Positions 1 to 12,516 are shown, counted from the whole stretch's first letter. The stretch: 63,144 nucleotides of DNA, filler included, from Actinomycetota bacterium (GCA_046725875.1; 5 parts of 5 records of this genome joined end to end with filler, not necessarily neighbours in it), one strand, 5' to 3'. Program-made: numbers and translations. The notes: generated by a model from the letters alone, not told the origin.

Positions 1-2
1 CA

Positions 3-524
3 CCGCCCCCCGAGGCACCGCCCGGCTATGGCACGGCTGCCGAGGACTACGACCCGGTGTACGGCTATGGTGAGCCGTCGTCCAGCTACCTGGAGCCGAC
101 CGCCGGTCCCTACGAGCCGTCGCGGACCCCAGGGGACGCTCCCATGGACGCCTCGTGGCAGGGCGACGCGATCCCGTATGTCTCACCGGAAACCCCGGGC
201 GCCGACCCGCCTGGGCAAATGCCATATTCCGAACCGATTCCCCAGCAGCCGCACGGGCCGGGGTATGGCCCGTACACGACGCCAACCGCGCCCGGCTATG
301 ACATCGACGGCGACGGCTACGACACCGGCGGCGCCGGGGGTCGGGGCGGCTCGGAGTACGAGCCTGACACGGGCCAGATCGGCCGGGTCCAGCGCGGCGG
401 TGGGCGGCATGCCCGAAGGCCGGCCGAACCGACGGAGGACTGGCCCACACCCGCTCCGGGCGCCGACGCCGAAGGCTCGTGGAATGACCCGGAGCCAACC
501 GGCGGCTCGTGGAGCAGCACGTGA
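3..524 (+). CDS. C-terminal Pro/Gly/acidic tail of a 5'-truncated protein (probably the glycosyltransferase usually found upstream of DUF5719)
   Basis: Frame open from window edge to TGA at 522-524, which overlaps the next GTG (GTGA); identity inferred from synteny only. Confidence 0.5.
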   Translation, partial: PPPEAPPGYGTAAEDYDPVYGYGEPSSSYLEPTAGPYEPSRTPGDAPMDASWQGDAIPYVSPETPGADPPGQMPYSEPIPQQPHGPGYGPYTTPTAPGYDIDGDGYDTGGAGGRGGSEYEPDTGQIGRVQRGGGRHARRPAEPTEDWPTPAPGADAEGSWNDPEPTGGSWSST

Positions 525-2098
525 ACCGCACCATAGGCGCGCTCCTGTCGGTTGCCGTGGTCGTCGCCGCCTGTGTCGGCGTCACCGAGGTGTTCGGATC
601 GCGCTCGCCAGCAGTCATTCCCACCGGCACCCGGGTGGCGGTGGCCGCCACGGAGTCGGTCTGTCCGAACGCGGAGTCCGAGAACGTTTCGATCAACACC
701 TCGCGGCTGTCCGCGGTGGTTCCGCCGGCGGCAACCCGGAGCGGTTCCGGGGGTGTGGACGCCAAGGCGGCCGGTGCCGGCGGCGGCGCGCAGGCGCGGG
801 CGCTGATCGCGCGGCTCGGTCAGGACAAGCCAACGCTCAAGGTGGCGAAGCCAGGTTCAACCGCCGCCGTGGATCTCGAGCGGCCGCGCAAGGGTGACTC
901 GAACGCGTTCACTGCATTTGCCGCCGGTCGGTTGGCCCCAGGATTCACCGTCGCCGCGACGACCTACCTCGACTTCGATCAGGCAAGCGACGGGACCGGG
1001 CAGCGACGCGGGCTTGCGAGTGAGACCTGCCTAGAGCCGGGCACCGACTTCTGGTTCCTCGGCACCGGCGCCGATCCCAGCCATGAAGCACACCTGTACC
1101 TGGTGAACCCGGAGAGCTCCCCGGTAACGCTGGATATCGATCTCTATAGCGAAGCGGGACCGCTCAGCACGCCCGCGATCACGGCTGCACATGGAATCGT
1201 CGTGGACGCTGCGACGGCGCGTGATCCGATCAACCTGTCCGTGCTGGCGGCGGGCGCAAAGCAGCAGCGGTCGATCGTCGCCGTCCACGTCTCGGTGCGG
1301 GTCGGGCGAGTAGCGGCGGGCGTGCTGGACGGCCAGCTCAAGGGCGGCGCCGGCGCTGGGATCGATTGGCTCGCGCCGGTGGGTAAGCCGTCGACCAGCG
1401 GGGTCATCCCGGGCGTGCCAGGCGGGAAAGGCGAGCGCACCCTCTACCTCTTCACTCCACAGGAGGGCGCTGCTCTCGTCGGCCTGTCGCTCGCGGGCCG
1501 GAACGGTGTCTTCACACCAGCGAGCGAAGACGCCGGCCCGATCGACAGCGTGCCCCTAACCGGTGGCAAGGTCACGAAGGTTGATCTGACCGGGGCGGCG
1601 CAGGGCGAGCCGTTCTCCGTACTGCTCCGGGCCGACCAGCCGGTCGTGGCCTCGGTGCGCGTCGGCGCGGCGTCCGGCGGGCGTGATTACGGCTTCGTGC
1701 CCATGGCGAGTCCCATTGGCGGCCCCAGCGTCGGCGCCGATGTACGTCAGGGCGGCGGCTACGCCAGCAGCATCTTGCTCACCGCCCCGACCGGAGCCGC
1801 AAGGGCGAACGTGATGCTGCTTGTGGAGGGCAAATCGCCGAAGAAGCTCCGCGACGTCGCCGTCCCCAAAGGTCGCACGGTCGAGGTGCCACTCAAGGGC
1901 ATCGGCCAGCAAGCGGCGATCGTCGTCACGCCGGCGGCCGGCTCGGCGCCGCTGTACGGTTCCCGGCTGATGACCCGGACGGTGAACGGCGGCGACATGC
2001 TCACGATCGAGCCGCTGCCGGTCAGCCGCACGACTACGGTCATACCGAAGGTCGTCAACGACCTCTCCGCCGGCCTCCGCCCGGCCGAGGTCAAGTAG
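521..2098 (+). CDS. DUF5719 family secreted/membrane-anchored protein
   Basis: N-terminal hydrophobic segment, CP motif, GLASETC..P..DFWFLG, LYLVNP; typical position before zinicin/DUF3499. Confidence 0.75.
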   Translation: MNRTIGALLSVAVVVAACVGVTEVFGSRSPAVIPTGTRVAVAATESVCPNAESENVSINTSRLSAVVPPAATRSGSGGVDAKAAGAGGGAQARALIARLGQDKPTLKVAKPGSTAAVDLERPRKGDSNAFTAFAAGRLAPGFTVAATTYLDFDQASDGTGQRRGLASETCLEPGTDFWFLGTGADPSHEAHLYLVNPESSPVTLDIDLYSEAGPLSTPAITAAHGIVVDAATARDPINLSVLAAGAKQQRSIVAVHVSVRVGRVAAGVLDGQLKGGAGAGIDWLAPVGKPSTSGVIPGVPGGKGERTLYLFTPQEGAALVGLSLAGRNGVFTPASEDAGPIDSVPLTGGKVTKVDLTGAAQGEPFSVLLRADQPVVASVRVGAASGGRDYGFVPMASPIGGPSVGADVRQGGGYASSILLTAPTGAARANVMLLVEGKSPKKLRDVAVPKGRTVEVPLKGIGQQAAIVVTPAAGSAPLYGSRLMTRTVNGGDMLTIEPLPVSRTTTVIPKVVNDLSAGLRPAEVK

Positions 2099-2109
2099 CG
2101 ATCAACGGC

Positions 2110-2559
2110 TCAGTCGTCGGCTTCCTCGCCGCCCGCATAGTGCGGATCGATCGCGTCCGGCTCGAGCCCGAACAGCTCCGCGACCTCCTCCACGACGATG
2201 TCGTAGACAAGGGCCCGAAGCTCCTCCCGGCCGGCCGCCCGCGCCTCGACCGGCCGCCGATAGACCACAACCCGGGGCGGGAGGCTCCCCGCCGCGGGGA
2301 AGAGCTTGGACAGCGGGACGGGGTCGTCAGACCAGAGTGCCGCGTCGTTCGGCGGCACATCCTCGACGGCGAACTCGACACCGTCGAGCTGCTCTGCCCA
2401 GCGCCCCTCGAGTCGCTCTACCGCATCAAGCACCAGCTGGTCGAACCGATCGGACCGGCTTCGGGTGATCGGTAGGTGGGACGGCGCCAACGGACCGCGC
2501 AGCCCACGCCCGTGGCGGTCGCGACGCGTTCTAGCGACCCGCGTGATCGGCTGAGTCAT
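2110..2559 (-). CDS. Zinicin-like metallopeptidase family protein
   Basis: RRDRHGRGLRGPL, VEFAVEDVP, VVYRRPVEAR, EEVAELFGL; GGAGG RBS before ATG 2559. Confidence 0.85.
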   Translation of the reverse strand: MTQPITRVARTRRDRHGRGLRGPLAPSHLPITRSRSDRFDQLVLDAVERLEGRWAEQLDGVEFAVEDVPPNDAALWSDDPVPLSKLFPAAGSLPPRVVVYRRPVEARAAGREELRALVYDIVVEEVAELFGLEPDAIDPHYAGGEEADD

Positions 2560-2822
2560 GGCCACCTCCCGCCCAGTCTCTTCGGAGCGGGTCTGGAACG
2601 TACTCCAGACACGGTCTCCAACACCCCACGGGCTGAGGGTAGCGGTCCGGTCGGCGGTCGCGGGAGGCTCTTGGATTTCCCGGTCTCGAACGAACGGGAC
2701 GCTTCCTGCGACACGAACCGAACCCCCGCTCTCAATGTTCGCCCGGACGGTCCGGCAGCGGTAGCTTCCACCCACGTGGTGTGTACGGCGTGTCGTGATG
2801 CGCGGCAAGGAGGACGTGGAGC

Positions 2823-3158
2823 GTGAGCCCACTGCGCAGATGCTCCCGGGCGGGATGCGGCGGCGCGGCCATCGCGACGCTTACCTATGTCTACTCCGAG
2901 TCGACGGCCGTGCTCGGCCCCCTGGCCACGCATGCCGAGCCGCATTGCTACGATCTTTGCGCCGCGCACTCTGAGCGACTGACCGCGCCGCGCGGCTGGG
3001 AGATCGTCCGGTTGGCCATTGATCCCGTAGACGACGGCCCGAGCAGCGACGATCTGGAGGCTCTGGCCAATGCGGTACGGGAGGCGGCGCGAGCGCCCGA
3101 GGCCGACGACGAAGTGGGCGCGCGGGCGAGGCTCCGCTTGCTCCGGGACCCGCTCTAG
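2823..3158 (+). CDS. DUF3499 domain protein
   Basis: RCSR.GC...A.ATLTYVYS.STAVLGPLA...EPHCYDLC..H. Confidence 0.9.
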   Translation: MSPLRRCSRAGCGGAAIATLTYVYSESTAVLGPLATHAEPHCYDLCAAHSERLTAPRGWEIVRLAIDPVDDGPSSDDLEALANAVREAARAPEADDEVGARARLRLLRDPL

Positions 3159-3255
3159 GAGGCTTCTGGGGACGCCCGTCGGGTCGAGGGGTCGTGGTCG
3201 CGGCGCGTTGCCTGATCCGCCGGTAGCTCTGAGGGCTTCGGTAGTGTCTGGGGCT

Positions 3256-4635
3256 GTGCCGGACCTCTCCCAGATCGTGAAGGCGTACGACATCCGCGGC
3301 GTCGTTCCCGACCAGCTGAACGCGGCGGTGGCCGAGTCGATCGGCGCAGCATTCGCTGAGGTGACCGGCGCAACGAAGATCGCAATCGGAAGAGACATGC
3401 GGCCGTCCTCTCCTGAGCTCGCGGCCGCCTTTGCCGCAGGCGTAACCAAGCAGGGCGTGGAAGTCATCGATGTCGGCCTCGCCTCCACCGACCTCCTCTA
3501 CTTCGCGAGTGGCTCGCTCGATGTGCCGGGCGCAATGTTCACCGCGAGCCACAATCCCGCTCAATACAACGGAATCAAGCTGTGTCGCTCAGGCGCCCGC
3601 CCGGTCGGTCAGGACACCGGGCTCGCCGAGATCCGCATGCTTGCCGAGGCGGCGAATGCGCGGTCCCCCGCCGATCCCGGCCCGGGGCACGTGACCGCCT
3701 CCCCGAGGCCCGGCCGGGTGGAGCGGCGCGATCTTCTGCATTCTTACGCGGAGCACCTGAGGTCACTGGTCGATCTCGCGAAGATCCGCCAGCTCAAAGT
3801 CGTCGTCGATGCCGGCAACGGGATGGCCGGCCATACGGTTCCCGTCGTGTTCGACGGGCTGCCGCTCGACTTCGTACCCCTCTACTTCGAGCTCGACGGG
3901 AACTTCCCCAACCATCAGGCGAACCCGATCGACCCGGCCAACCTGGTCGACCTGCAGCGGGCGGTTCGGGCGAAAGGTGCCGACATGGGGCTCGCCTTCG
4001 ACGGAGACGCGGACCGGTGCTGGGTGGTAGACGAGCGCGGCCAGTCGGTCCCGCCGTCGGCGATCACCGCGCTGGTCGCGGTGCGCGAGCTTGCCCGCCG
4101 GCCGGGGGCGACGATCATCCACAACTTGATTACTTCTCGGGCGGTGCCCGAGATCATCAGGGAGCACGGCGGTCGGCCAGTCCGCACCCGGGTCGGCCAC
4201 TCCTTCATCAAAACCGAGATGGCCAAGACCGGCGCGATCTTCGGTGGCGAGCACTCGGCGCACTATTACTTCAGCGACTTCTGGGGCGCCGACACCGGCA
4301 TGCTTGCCGCGCTACACGTCCTGGCCGCGCTGGGCGAGCAAGCCGAGTCGCTGTCCCGGCTGCTTGCCCACTATGTGAGGTACGCCGAAAGCGGGGAGAT
4401 CAACAGTGCCGTCGCGGACCAGGCCGGACGGCTTGCCGCAGTACGGGCCGCCTACGAGGGCAGGCCCGGCGTGACGCTCGACGAGCTTGACGGCCTCACG
4501 GTTTCCGCCGAGTCCTGGTGGTTCAATCTCCGCCCGTCCAACACCGAGCCACTGTTGCGGCTCAACGTCGAGGCGGCGGATGCCGCAGCCATGGAGGCCT
4601 TGCGCGACGATGTCCTCGCGCTCATCCGCGACTAG
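3256..4635 (+). CDS. manB: Phosphomannomutase/phosphoglucomutase
   Basis: KAYDIRG, TASHNP phosphoserine motif, FDGDADR, GGEHSAH, RPSNTEP. Confidence 0.95.
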   Translation: MPDLSQIVKAYDIRGVVPDQLNAAVAESIGAAFAEVTGATKIAIGRDMRPSSPELAAAFAAGVTKQGVEVIDVGLASTDLLYFASGSLDVPGAMFTASHNPAQYNGIKLCRSGARPVGQDTGLAEIRMLAEAANARSPADPGPGHVTASPRPGRVERRDLLHSYAEHLRSLVDLAKIRQLKVVVDAGNGMAGHTVPVVFDGLPLDFVPLYFELDGNFPNHQANPIDPANLVDLQRAVRAKGADMGLAFDGDADRCWVVDERGQSVPPSAITALVAVRELARRPGATIIHNLITSRAVPEIIREHGGRPVRTRVGHSFIKTEMAKTGAIFGGEHSAHYYFSDFWGADTGMLAALHVLAALGEQAESLSRLLAHYVRYAESGEINSAVADQAGRLAAVRAAYEGRPGVTLDELDGLTVSAESWWFNLRPSNTEPLLRLNVEAADAAAMEALRDDVLALIRD

Positions 4636-4644
4636 GAGACCCCG

Positions 4645-4896
4645 GTGAACATTGAACCTTCCCTGTTGGAGATCCTCGCTTGCCCGAACTGCCGCTCACC
4701 ACTGCGGGTAGATGACGCGGCTAGCGAACTGGTGTGTACGAACCCCGAGTGCGGCCTCGCTTATCCCGTAAGAGATGACATACCGGTACTCCTGATCAAC
4801 GAGGCGCGCCGACCGGGCGAGGCCGCGTCGGCCGGGGGCGGGTCCGCCTCGGGAGCGGCTGGCGACTCTGGTAACCAGAACGCAGAGCCCGCGTGA
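4645..4896 (+). CDS. Trm112 family protein
   Basis: [10 protein letters not shown]...[19 protein letters not shown]. Confidence 0.92.
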   Translation: MNIEPSLLEILACPNCRSPLRVDDAASELVCTNPECGLAYPVRDDIPVLLINEARRPGEAASAGGGSASGAAGDSGNQNAEPA

Positions 4897-6059
4897 AGAT
4901 CGAGTTCGATGAGCGGGCGCTCGACGACCCCGAGGCCCTTGCTGCGGCCGATCCCGGGGACATGCTCCGCGCGGTAGCCACGTCGGGTGCACAGGTGCGG
5001 GCGGCGGTGCAGACAGCCGAAGAGGTCGGCGTCGACAAGCTCGCCGATGACGGGCGGCCGCGCGGGGTGGTCGCCGCCGGCATGGGCGGCTCGGGAATCG
5101 CCGGCGCGGTGCTGGCGGCGGTGTGTGGCGCGCGCTGTTCCGTGCCCGTCGCGACCGCCCAGGGCTACGTGCTTCCCGGTTGGACCGGGCCGATGGACCT
5201 TGTCGTCGCCGTCTCGTGCTCGGGCTCGACGGAGGAGACACTCGCCGTGCTCGACGAGGCAGGGCGGCGAGGGTGCCGGATCTTGACGGTGGGAGCCGCC
5301 GGATCGCCACTCGCGGAGCTCTCTGCCCGCAGTCGGGGGCTGCATGTGCCGATCGACGCCGGTGGCCGGCTACCCAGAGCCAATATGTGGGCGCTGTCGA
5401 CGCCCCTCCTTGTCGCGGCCGACGCGCTTGGCCTCGCCGCGGTTTCGGCCGGGGTGCTGTCCGCGACGGCCGACCTCCTTGACGCAATGGCCGAGCGCTG
5501 CCGCCCGTCCTGCGAGTCGTTCGTCAACCCCGCCAAGTCGCTTGCGCTCGAGCTCGCCGGCCGGACACCGATGATCTGGGGATCGAGCGACATCGCCACG
5601 GCGGCGGCCTACCGGTTCGCCTGCCAACTCAACGAGAACGCGAAGCTTCCCGCCGTGTTCGGCGCCTTGCCCGAGGCGAACCACAACCAGGTCGTCGCCT
5701 TCGACGGTCCATACGGCGCGGCAGCCTGGCGGCCGAAGGCGTCCGACGATTTCTTCGCTGACCGGGTGGAGGAGGAGGAGCGGACCGCCGCCGCCTTGCG
5801 CCTCGTGCTCATGGCCGACACCGAGGAGCATCCACAGGATCGGCGGCGGCGGGAGATCACCGCGCAGGTCGCGGGCGAGCGAGGCGTTCCGGTGACCGAG
5901 GTACGCGCCGAGGGCTCCCACGCCGTCGAGCGTCTGGCCTCTCTCACGGCGCTCGCCGACTTCGCCTCGGTCTACCTCGCACTCGGCCTCGGCATCGACC
6001 CGACACCGATCACGCCCATCACCCACCTCAAGTCGGTACTCGCCGGCGAGGCGTCCTAG
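4893..6059 (+). CDS. SIS-domain bifunctional phosphoglucose/phosphomannose isomerase family
   Basis: [32 protein letters not shown] overlap with Trm112. Confidence 0.9.
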   Translation: MKIEFDERALDDPEALAAADPGDMLRAVATSGAQVRAAVQTAEEVGVDKLADDGRPRGVVAAGMGGSGIAGAVLAAVCGARCSVPVATAQGYVLPGWTGPMDLVVAVSCSGSTEETLAVLDEAGRRGCRILTVGAAGSPLAELSARSRGLHVPIDAGGRLPRANMWALSTPLLVAADALGLAAVSAGVLSATADLLDAMAERCRPSCESFVNPAKSLALELAGRTPMIWGSSDIATAAAYRFACQLNENAKLPAVFGALPEANHNQVVAFDGPYGAAAWRPKASDDFFADRVEEEERTAAALRLVLMADTEEHPQDRRRREITAQVAGERGVPVTEVRAEGSHAVERLASLTALADFASVYLALGLGIDPTPITPITHLKSVLAGEAS

Positions 6060-6157
6060 TGGGGCGCTCGCACTGGCAGGTCCAGTCGGCCACGAGATCG
6101 GCTACGTCTGCGATCGGTCAACTGGGAGACTAGTCGCGAGGACGGAAGGGCGGCGGG

Positions 6158-7078
6158 ATGAGCGCTGAAGGTGGGACCCGCGCGATCATCGCCGCGATGC
6201 TCGCGAATGCGGGCATCGCCCTCACCAAGTTCGTCGCTTTTCTGATCACGTCGTCGTCGGCCATGCTTGCGGAGTCGGTGCACTCCGTCGCGGACACCGG
6301 GAACCAAGTACTGCTGCTCCTTGGCGGCCGGAGCGCGCAGCGGCGGGCCACGCCCGAGCACCCATTCGGCTATGGCCGGGACCGCTACATCTACGCGTTC
6401 ATCGTCTCGATCGTGCTCTTCAGCCTCGGTGGTCTGTTCGCGCTGTACGAGGGCTACCACAAGATCGCAGATCCGCACCCGATCGAGTACTGGTACGTCG
6501 CGGTCGGCGTCCTCGTGATCGCCATCGTCCTGGAGGCCTTCTCCTTCCGTACGGCGATCATCGAGTCCAACAAGATCCGCGAATACGAGTCCTGGGTCCA
6601 GTTCGTGCGGCATGCCAAGTCCCCGGAACTGCCGGTTGTCCTCCTCGAGGACACGGGCGCCCTGCTGGGTCTGATCTTCGCGCTCGTCGGTATCGTGATC
6701 GCCGTTATCACTGATAACGGCGTCTGGGACGGCATCGGCAGCCTGGCGATCGGCTCCCTTCTGGTCGTGATCGCGGTGGTGCTCGCCGCGGAGATGAAGA
6801 GCCTCTTGGTCGGCGAGGCAGCAGCACCGGCCGCCCAGGAGCGGATCAAGGATGCGCTCCTGGGACAGCCGGGTGTCGAAGGCATCATCCACATGCGCAC
6901 GATGCACCTCGGCCCGGACGAGCTGCTGGTTGCGGCGAAGATCGCGGTGAACGGCTCCGCCTCGGCAGCGGATGTCGCCGAGACCATCGACGCCGCCGAG
7001 GCGAAGATCCGTGCCGTCGAGCCCACCGCCCGTGTCATCTACCTGGAGCCCGACATAGCGCGGGTCCCCGCCAGATAG
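6158..7078 (+). CDS. Cation diffusion facilitator transporter
   Basis: AESVHSVAD, HPFGYGR, EDTGAL, about six TM segments. Confidence 0.93.
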   Translation: MSAEGGTRAIIAAMLANAGIALTKFVAFLITSSSAMLAESVHSVADTGNQVLLLLGGRSAQRRATPEHPFGYGRDRYIYAFIVSIVLFSLGGLFALYEGYHKIADPHPIEYWYVAVGVLVIAIVLEAFSFRTAIIESNKIREYESWVQFVRHAKSPELPVVLLEDTGALLGLIFALVGIVIAVITDNGVWDGIGSLAIGSLLVVIAVVLAAEMKSLLVGEAAAPAAQERIKDALLGQPGVEGIIHMRTMHLGPDELLVAAKIAVNGSASAADVAETIDAAEAKIRAVEPTARVIYLEPDIARVPAR

Positions 7079-7135
7079 CCACCCCGGCCGCCTGCCGCGG
7101 CGCGAGGGGTGGCTATCGTCCTGGCGCGGCCGGTG

Positions 7136-8293
7136 CTAGCGGAGCGGCCGGTAGAACTCGCGCATGTCGGCGACCAGCTGGTCCGGTGCAACGTGCGCCT
7201 GGTAGTGGTCGCCGTACTGGTAGCTGTTCCAGGACCGGATGTTCTTGTGATCGCGGTCGGCGAATCGGCGGATCGAGATGAAGTCGCCGCCCGCCATGGC
7301 CAGCCCCAGCGGAACCGTCGTGGGCTCGATCGGCGGCGTTGCGTGGGCATTCTCGTAGTAGAGCCGGATAGCGGAGCCGCCGGTCCCGGTTACCCAGTAG
7401 GTCATCGTGTTAGTAAGGACGAAGTCGTCATCGATATCCGGTGAGAACAGCTGTCCGTTCCATCCGAGCAGGCCTGCCGGAGAGTCGGCCAGCGAGTGTG
7501 CGAGCGTTTGCGGTTGCTGACTGTGCAGCTGATTGAACGCGCCCAAGTTCTCCCAGAACCACTGCAGCCGCTGCAACCCCGCCTGTTCCTCGGCCGTCAG
7601 ATCTGCCATCTCCGACGGGTCGCCGGACGGGAACGAGAAGACCTGCGTTACGTGGACGCCCACGACACGCTCCGGCGCCAGCCGGCCAACCTCGGGTGAG
7701 ATCATCGAGCCGGCGTCGTTTCCCGCCACGCCGTACCGGTCGTATCCGAGCCGGTCCATCAGGACGGTCCAGGCCCTGGCGATACGGTAGTTGTTCCAGC
7801 CCGGCTGGTTCAGGAGACCCGAGAAACCAAAACCGGGCAGCGATGGGATAACGACGTCGAAGGCATCGCCCGAGTCACCGCCATGGCCGCGCGGGTTCGT
7901 CAGCCGGTCGACCACGTCCAAGTACTCGACGACCGACCCAGGCCAGCCATGAGTAAGGATCAGTGGCAGCGCGGCTGGCTCTGCGCTCGTGGCATGAACG
8001 AAATGGATGTTCTGGCCGTCGATCTCCGTAGTGAACTGTGGATAGGAGTTGAGCCGGGCCTCCCAGGCCCGCCAGTCGTAGCCGTCGAGCCAGTAGTCCA
8101 CTAACCGCCGCACGTGCGCAACGGGCACGCCGTACTTCCAGGTCGGCGGAAGCAGTCCCGCCTCGGTGGGGGCATCCGATTCGATGACCGGCTCGGCGGT
8201 CCACCGGGTCCGCCGCAGTCGCTCGCGGAGGTCGTCTAGGACCGAATCTGGTACGGCGATCCGGAACGGTCTGATCTCCTGCTCGTCCTGCAC
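7136..8293 (-). CDS. Epoxide hydrolase (EHN + alpha/beta hydrolase)
   Basis: [35 protein letters not shown]. Confidence 0.92.
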   Translation of the reverse strand: MQDEQEIRPFRIAVPDSVLDDLRERLRRTRWTAEPVIESDAPTEAGLLPPTWKYGVPVAHVRRLVDYWLDGYDWRAWEARLNSYPQFTTEIDGQNIHFVHATSAEPAALPLILTHGWPGSVVEYLDVVDRLTNPRGHGGDSGDAFDVVIPSLPGFGFSGLLNQPGWNNYRIARAWTVLMDRLGYDRYGVAGNDAGSMISPEVGRLAPERVVGVHVTQVFSFPSGDPSEMADLTAEEQAGLQRLQWFWENLGAFNQLHSQQPQTLAHSLADSPAGLLGWNGQLFSPDIDDDFVLTNTMTYWVTGTGGSAIRLYYENAHATPPIEPTTVPLGLAMAGGDFISIRRFADRDHKNIRSWNSYQYGDHYQAHVAPDQLVADMREFYRPLR

Positions 8294-8415
8294 TGCGTCC
8301 TCCTCGTCATCGGGCCGGGCGATTCCTCGAACACTGTACGGATGACGTGGTCGGCGAGCGTCGGCCGGCCGGCTGCCGCCGAGCTGGGCGACCCGGGTTC
8401 GCTAGGGTTGCGGGC

Positions 8416-9882
<1,467 letters not shown>

Positions 9883-10123
9883 CCGGGTGGCCGGGTCACA
9901 GCGACGATTGTATCGACGGCACGAGCCCGGAAAAATTGTCGGGTCGAGCTGACGCCGCCACACGGTGGACCTGAACCACTTGGCGTCCGCTGAGGCCGGG
10001 TGTCGAAGGCGTTCGCGGACACGATTCCATCGACCAGAACCTCATATAGGACCCGACCGAGGTCGTCGGTTACGTTCGCTCCGGTTCGCTCCGCGAGCGC
10101 TGGAGAGTCCGTGACCTTAGCGG

Positions 10124-11656
10124 TCAGAAGGGTGGCTTGTCGGCCGCGTCGACGTTGGCCTTGTCGTCGGCGTCTGTCGTCGGTGATGCGGCGGTGATCG
10201 GCCCGATCTGCGCCGGTTCTTGCTCGTAGTGTTTGCCGGTGGGGCTGGTCCAGATGAAGCGGCCTTCGTCGGGCTGGTGGAGGCGCCACCGCCAGCGGGT
10301 TTTCAGGTCGTGGTGGGGGTCGCAGGGCGGGCCGAGATTGGTCTGGCTGGTCGGGCCGTTCGGGTAGGCGATGGTGTGGTCGATCTGGCCGCGGTGCGCG
10401 GGTTGGGAGCAGGTCGGGAACACGCATTCCCGGTCGCGGGCGATGATCAGGTCGCGGAGGTCCGGCGGCGGGGTGTACCGGGTGGTGCCGTAGTCGAGCA
10501 GCCGCCCGCTGGCCGGGTCGGTCAACAGCCGCCGCCAGGTGCCGTCGGCGGCGATCCGCCGAGCCACCGCAGCGGGGATCGGCCCGTAGCCGACCAGCTC
10601 GCCGGGGTGGTCGTCGATCCCGATCAGGGTGGACAACGGGACGGTTACCTGGATGTGCGGCCGGCGGCCGTGCGCCGCGGCCAGCGCCAACCCGTCCGGG
10701 TGCCGGCCGAGCCGCCCGGACGCGACCGAGAGCCGGGCCAGCTCGACCAGCGCGTCGGCGCGCCGCTGGTCCATGCTCCGCTCGTCGTCGGGGCTGGCGG
10801 TTTTCATTCCGGCCGCAGCGGCGTCGAGCATCGCGCGGACCAGCGCCATCCCGTCCGCGGTGAGGTCGGCGACGACCTGACCCATCCCGTCCGGCTGCGC
10901 GGTGAACCAGACCCGCCGCTCGGCCGCCGCCGCCTCATGCCGCCGCTGCGCGCCCTGCGGGTCGGCAAGCAGCACCTCCCGGTCGATGGCGCGCCGATGC
11001 TGACCCAGCGTGCGGCTGCCCGCCTTGGGCAGCACCCGCGCCTCGACCAGAGCGGCAAGGGGCATGCCGTGCCGGTCGGCCACCTCGGCGATCAGCTCCG
11101 CTCGCCGGTAGTCGATCGTCCCGTCCCGCAGCGCGGCGAGGGTGGCGGGCAGCTGTTCGACCAGGAGCCGAGCGGTGGCCACCCGCCGGTGCCCGGTCAC
11201 CGGCGCCAGCCCCAGCTCGGCCGACACCTGCGCGGCGGCGCTGCGCAGCTCGTCGTCGGGGTCGCGGTCCCGATCCGGGCGGAACGCCGGCCGGCGGGAC
11301 AGCTCGGCGATCGCCGCCACCTGCACCGCCGACGCCCAGCGGGTCTGCCGCTCCGCCGCGGCGATCATGTCGACCAGATCCGCGTCGGTGACCGTCGCCG
11401 GATCCGCCACGCCCAGGTGGCCGGCGAGGTCCGGACCGGGCGCCAGGCGGGCGAGGTCCGGCAGCTCGGTCGGGGCGTCCGGTGCGGCGGAGTACGGCTC
11501 CGGCCCGGCCGCCGCTTCGGCGCCGCCGAGCAGCCACTCGTGGCCCCAGCAGTCCGACGCCACCCCGTCGCGGCCGAGGTCGGCCGCCGGGCCGAACACG
11601 CCATCGCCCGGATCCAGCCGCAGTACCGGCATCAGCCCACCTCGCATCGAAACCAT
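10124..11656 (-). CDS. DUF222 + HNH endonuclease signature protein (13E12-like)
   Basis: QRRADALVEL, GYGPIPA, LDYGTTRY.PP, RDRECVFPTC, DH, NLGPPCDPHHDLKT; start placed at a leaderless ATG after the -10 box. Confidence 0.88.
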   Translation of the reverse strand: MVSMRGGLMPVLRLDPGDGVFGPAADLGRDGVASDCWGHEWLLGGAEAAAGPEPYSAAPDAPTELPDLARLAPGPDLAGHLGVADPATVTDADLVDMIAAAERQTRWASAVQVAAIAELSRRPAFRPDRDRDPDDELRSAAAQVSAELGLAPVTGHRRVATARLLVEQLPATLAALRDGTIDYRRAELIAEVADRHGMPLAALVEARVLPKAGSRTLGQHRRAIDREVLLADPQGAQRRHEAAAAERRVWFTAQPDGMGQVVADLTADGMALVRAMLDAAAAGMKTASPDDERSMDQRRADALVELARLSVASGRLGRHPDGLALAAAHGRRPHIQVTVPLSTLIGIDDHPGELVGYGPIPAAVARRIAADGTWRRLLTDPASGRLLDYGTTRYTPPPDLRDLIIARDRECVFPTCSQPAHRGQIDHTIAYPNGPTSQTNLGPPCDPHHDLKTRWRWRLHQPDEGRFIWTSPTGKHYEQEPAQIGPITAASPTTDADDKANVDAADKPPF

Positions 11657-11662
11657 GTTCGA
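11647..11662. promoter_or_regulatory. LexA SOS box-like operator overlapping the HNH gene start
   Basis: TCGAAA-CCAT-GTTCGA, one mismatch to the actinobacterial TCGAAC-N4-GTTCGA. Confidence 0.75.
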
Positions 11663-11683
11663 TTCTAGGAAAAGGGTCCGACA
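11662..11683 (-). promoter_or_regulatory. PafBC-dependent (RecA-NDp) promoter motif
   Basis: Minus strand TGTCGG-ACCCTTTTCC-TAGAAT, exact TGTCGG-N10-TA-N3-T. Confidence 0.8.
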
Positions 11684-11878
11684 GTTTTCGGCGACTTCGG
11701 CATCCCGTGCCGTGCGAACGATTCCCGACGAATCAAGATCAGGTTCCGGCGGTCCTACCTGACCGCCCGCTGGGACCGCGAATCCGTCGCCTCGGCGCAC
11801 GTTCGGCGCGTTCGCCGGGGTGTACACCACAGTCGGACGGCGCTGGTGCCGGTTAAGTGCGCACCTCTGGCGACGGGC

Positions 11879-12516
11879 TCAGTCCTTGCGGCCGGTGAGG
11901 GCGAGCCGGACGCCGAGCCCGATCATGACGAGTCCCCGGTGCCGCCGATCACCTCGAGCCGGCGTGGCGAGCGGGCGAACCACTCGCGGGCGGTGCCGGC
12001 GACGATCGCCCACACGCTGTCCGAGGCCAGCGCCGCCGCGATCGACACCGCGCCGAGTAGAAGGAGCTGGAGCGGCACGTAACCGCTTGCCGGGTCGACG
12101 AACTGGGGGAGTACGGCAGCGAAGAAGACCACGCTCTTCGGGTTCGTGATGCCTACCGCGAATCCGTCGCCCACGACCCGGCTCGTCGTGTAGCGCCCGC
12201 CGGGCTGTTCGAGCAGCGTGGCGAGCGACTGCCGATGCCGCAGCGCCTGGAACCCGAGGTAGACGAGGTAGGCGGCCCCGGCGAGCTTGAGCACGGTAAA
12301 CGCGGCAACCGACCGCTCGACGATCACGCCGATGCCAAGCGCCACCGCAATAACGTGCACGTAGACCCCCGCTGCGTTGCCCACAACAGTCAGCAACGCC
12401 GGTCGGCGGCCGAGGGCCAGCGCCCGGCTGACCGTGAAGAGGACACTGGGCCCAGGGATTGCCACGAAGATCAACGAAACGATCGCGAAGGCGAGCAGGT
12501 TATCCGCGGTCGGCAT
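11879..12516 (-). CDS. LysE/RhtB family translocator, frameshifted near the C-terminus
   Basis: IPGPSVL, YLVYLG, TNPKS..FF.A.LPQF; adding one G to the GGGG run near 11935 restores ...GGTGGLVMIGLGVRLALTGRKD*. Confidence 0.85.

Noticed and set aside
28..897. Long Arg/Pro-rich alternative-frame ORFs (also 3582-4490, 8236-9963, 10220-11668, 38521-39999 and many others)
   Set aside because: Shadow ORFs expected in high-GC DNA, overlapping well-supported genes
8294..8415. Possible SAH/SAM riboswitch upstream of ahcY
   Set aside because: No recognisable consensus elements seen
10073..10092. 10-bp tandem GTTCGCTCCG x2 (and AGCGGATCGA x2 near 25652-25677)
   Set aside because: Too short to distinguish from chance
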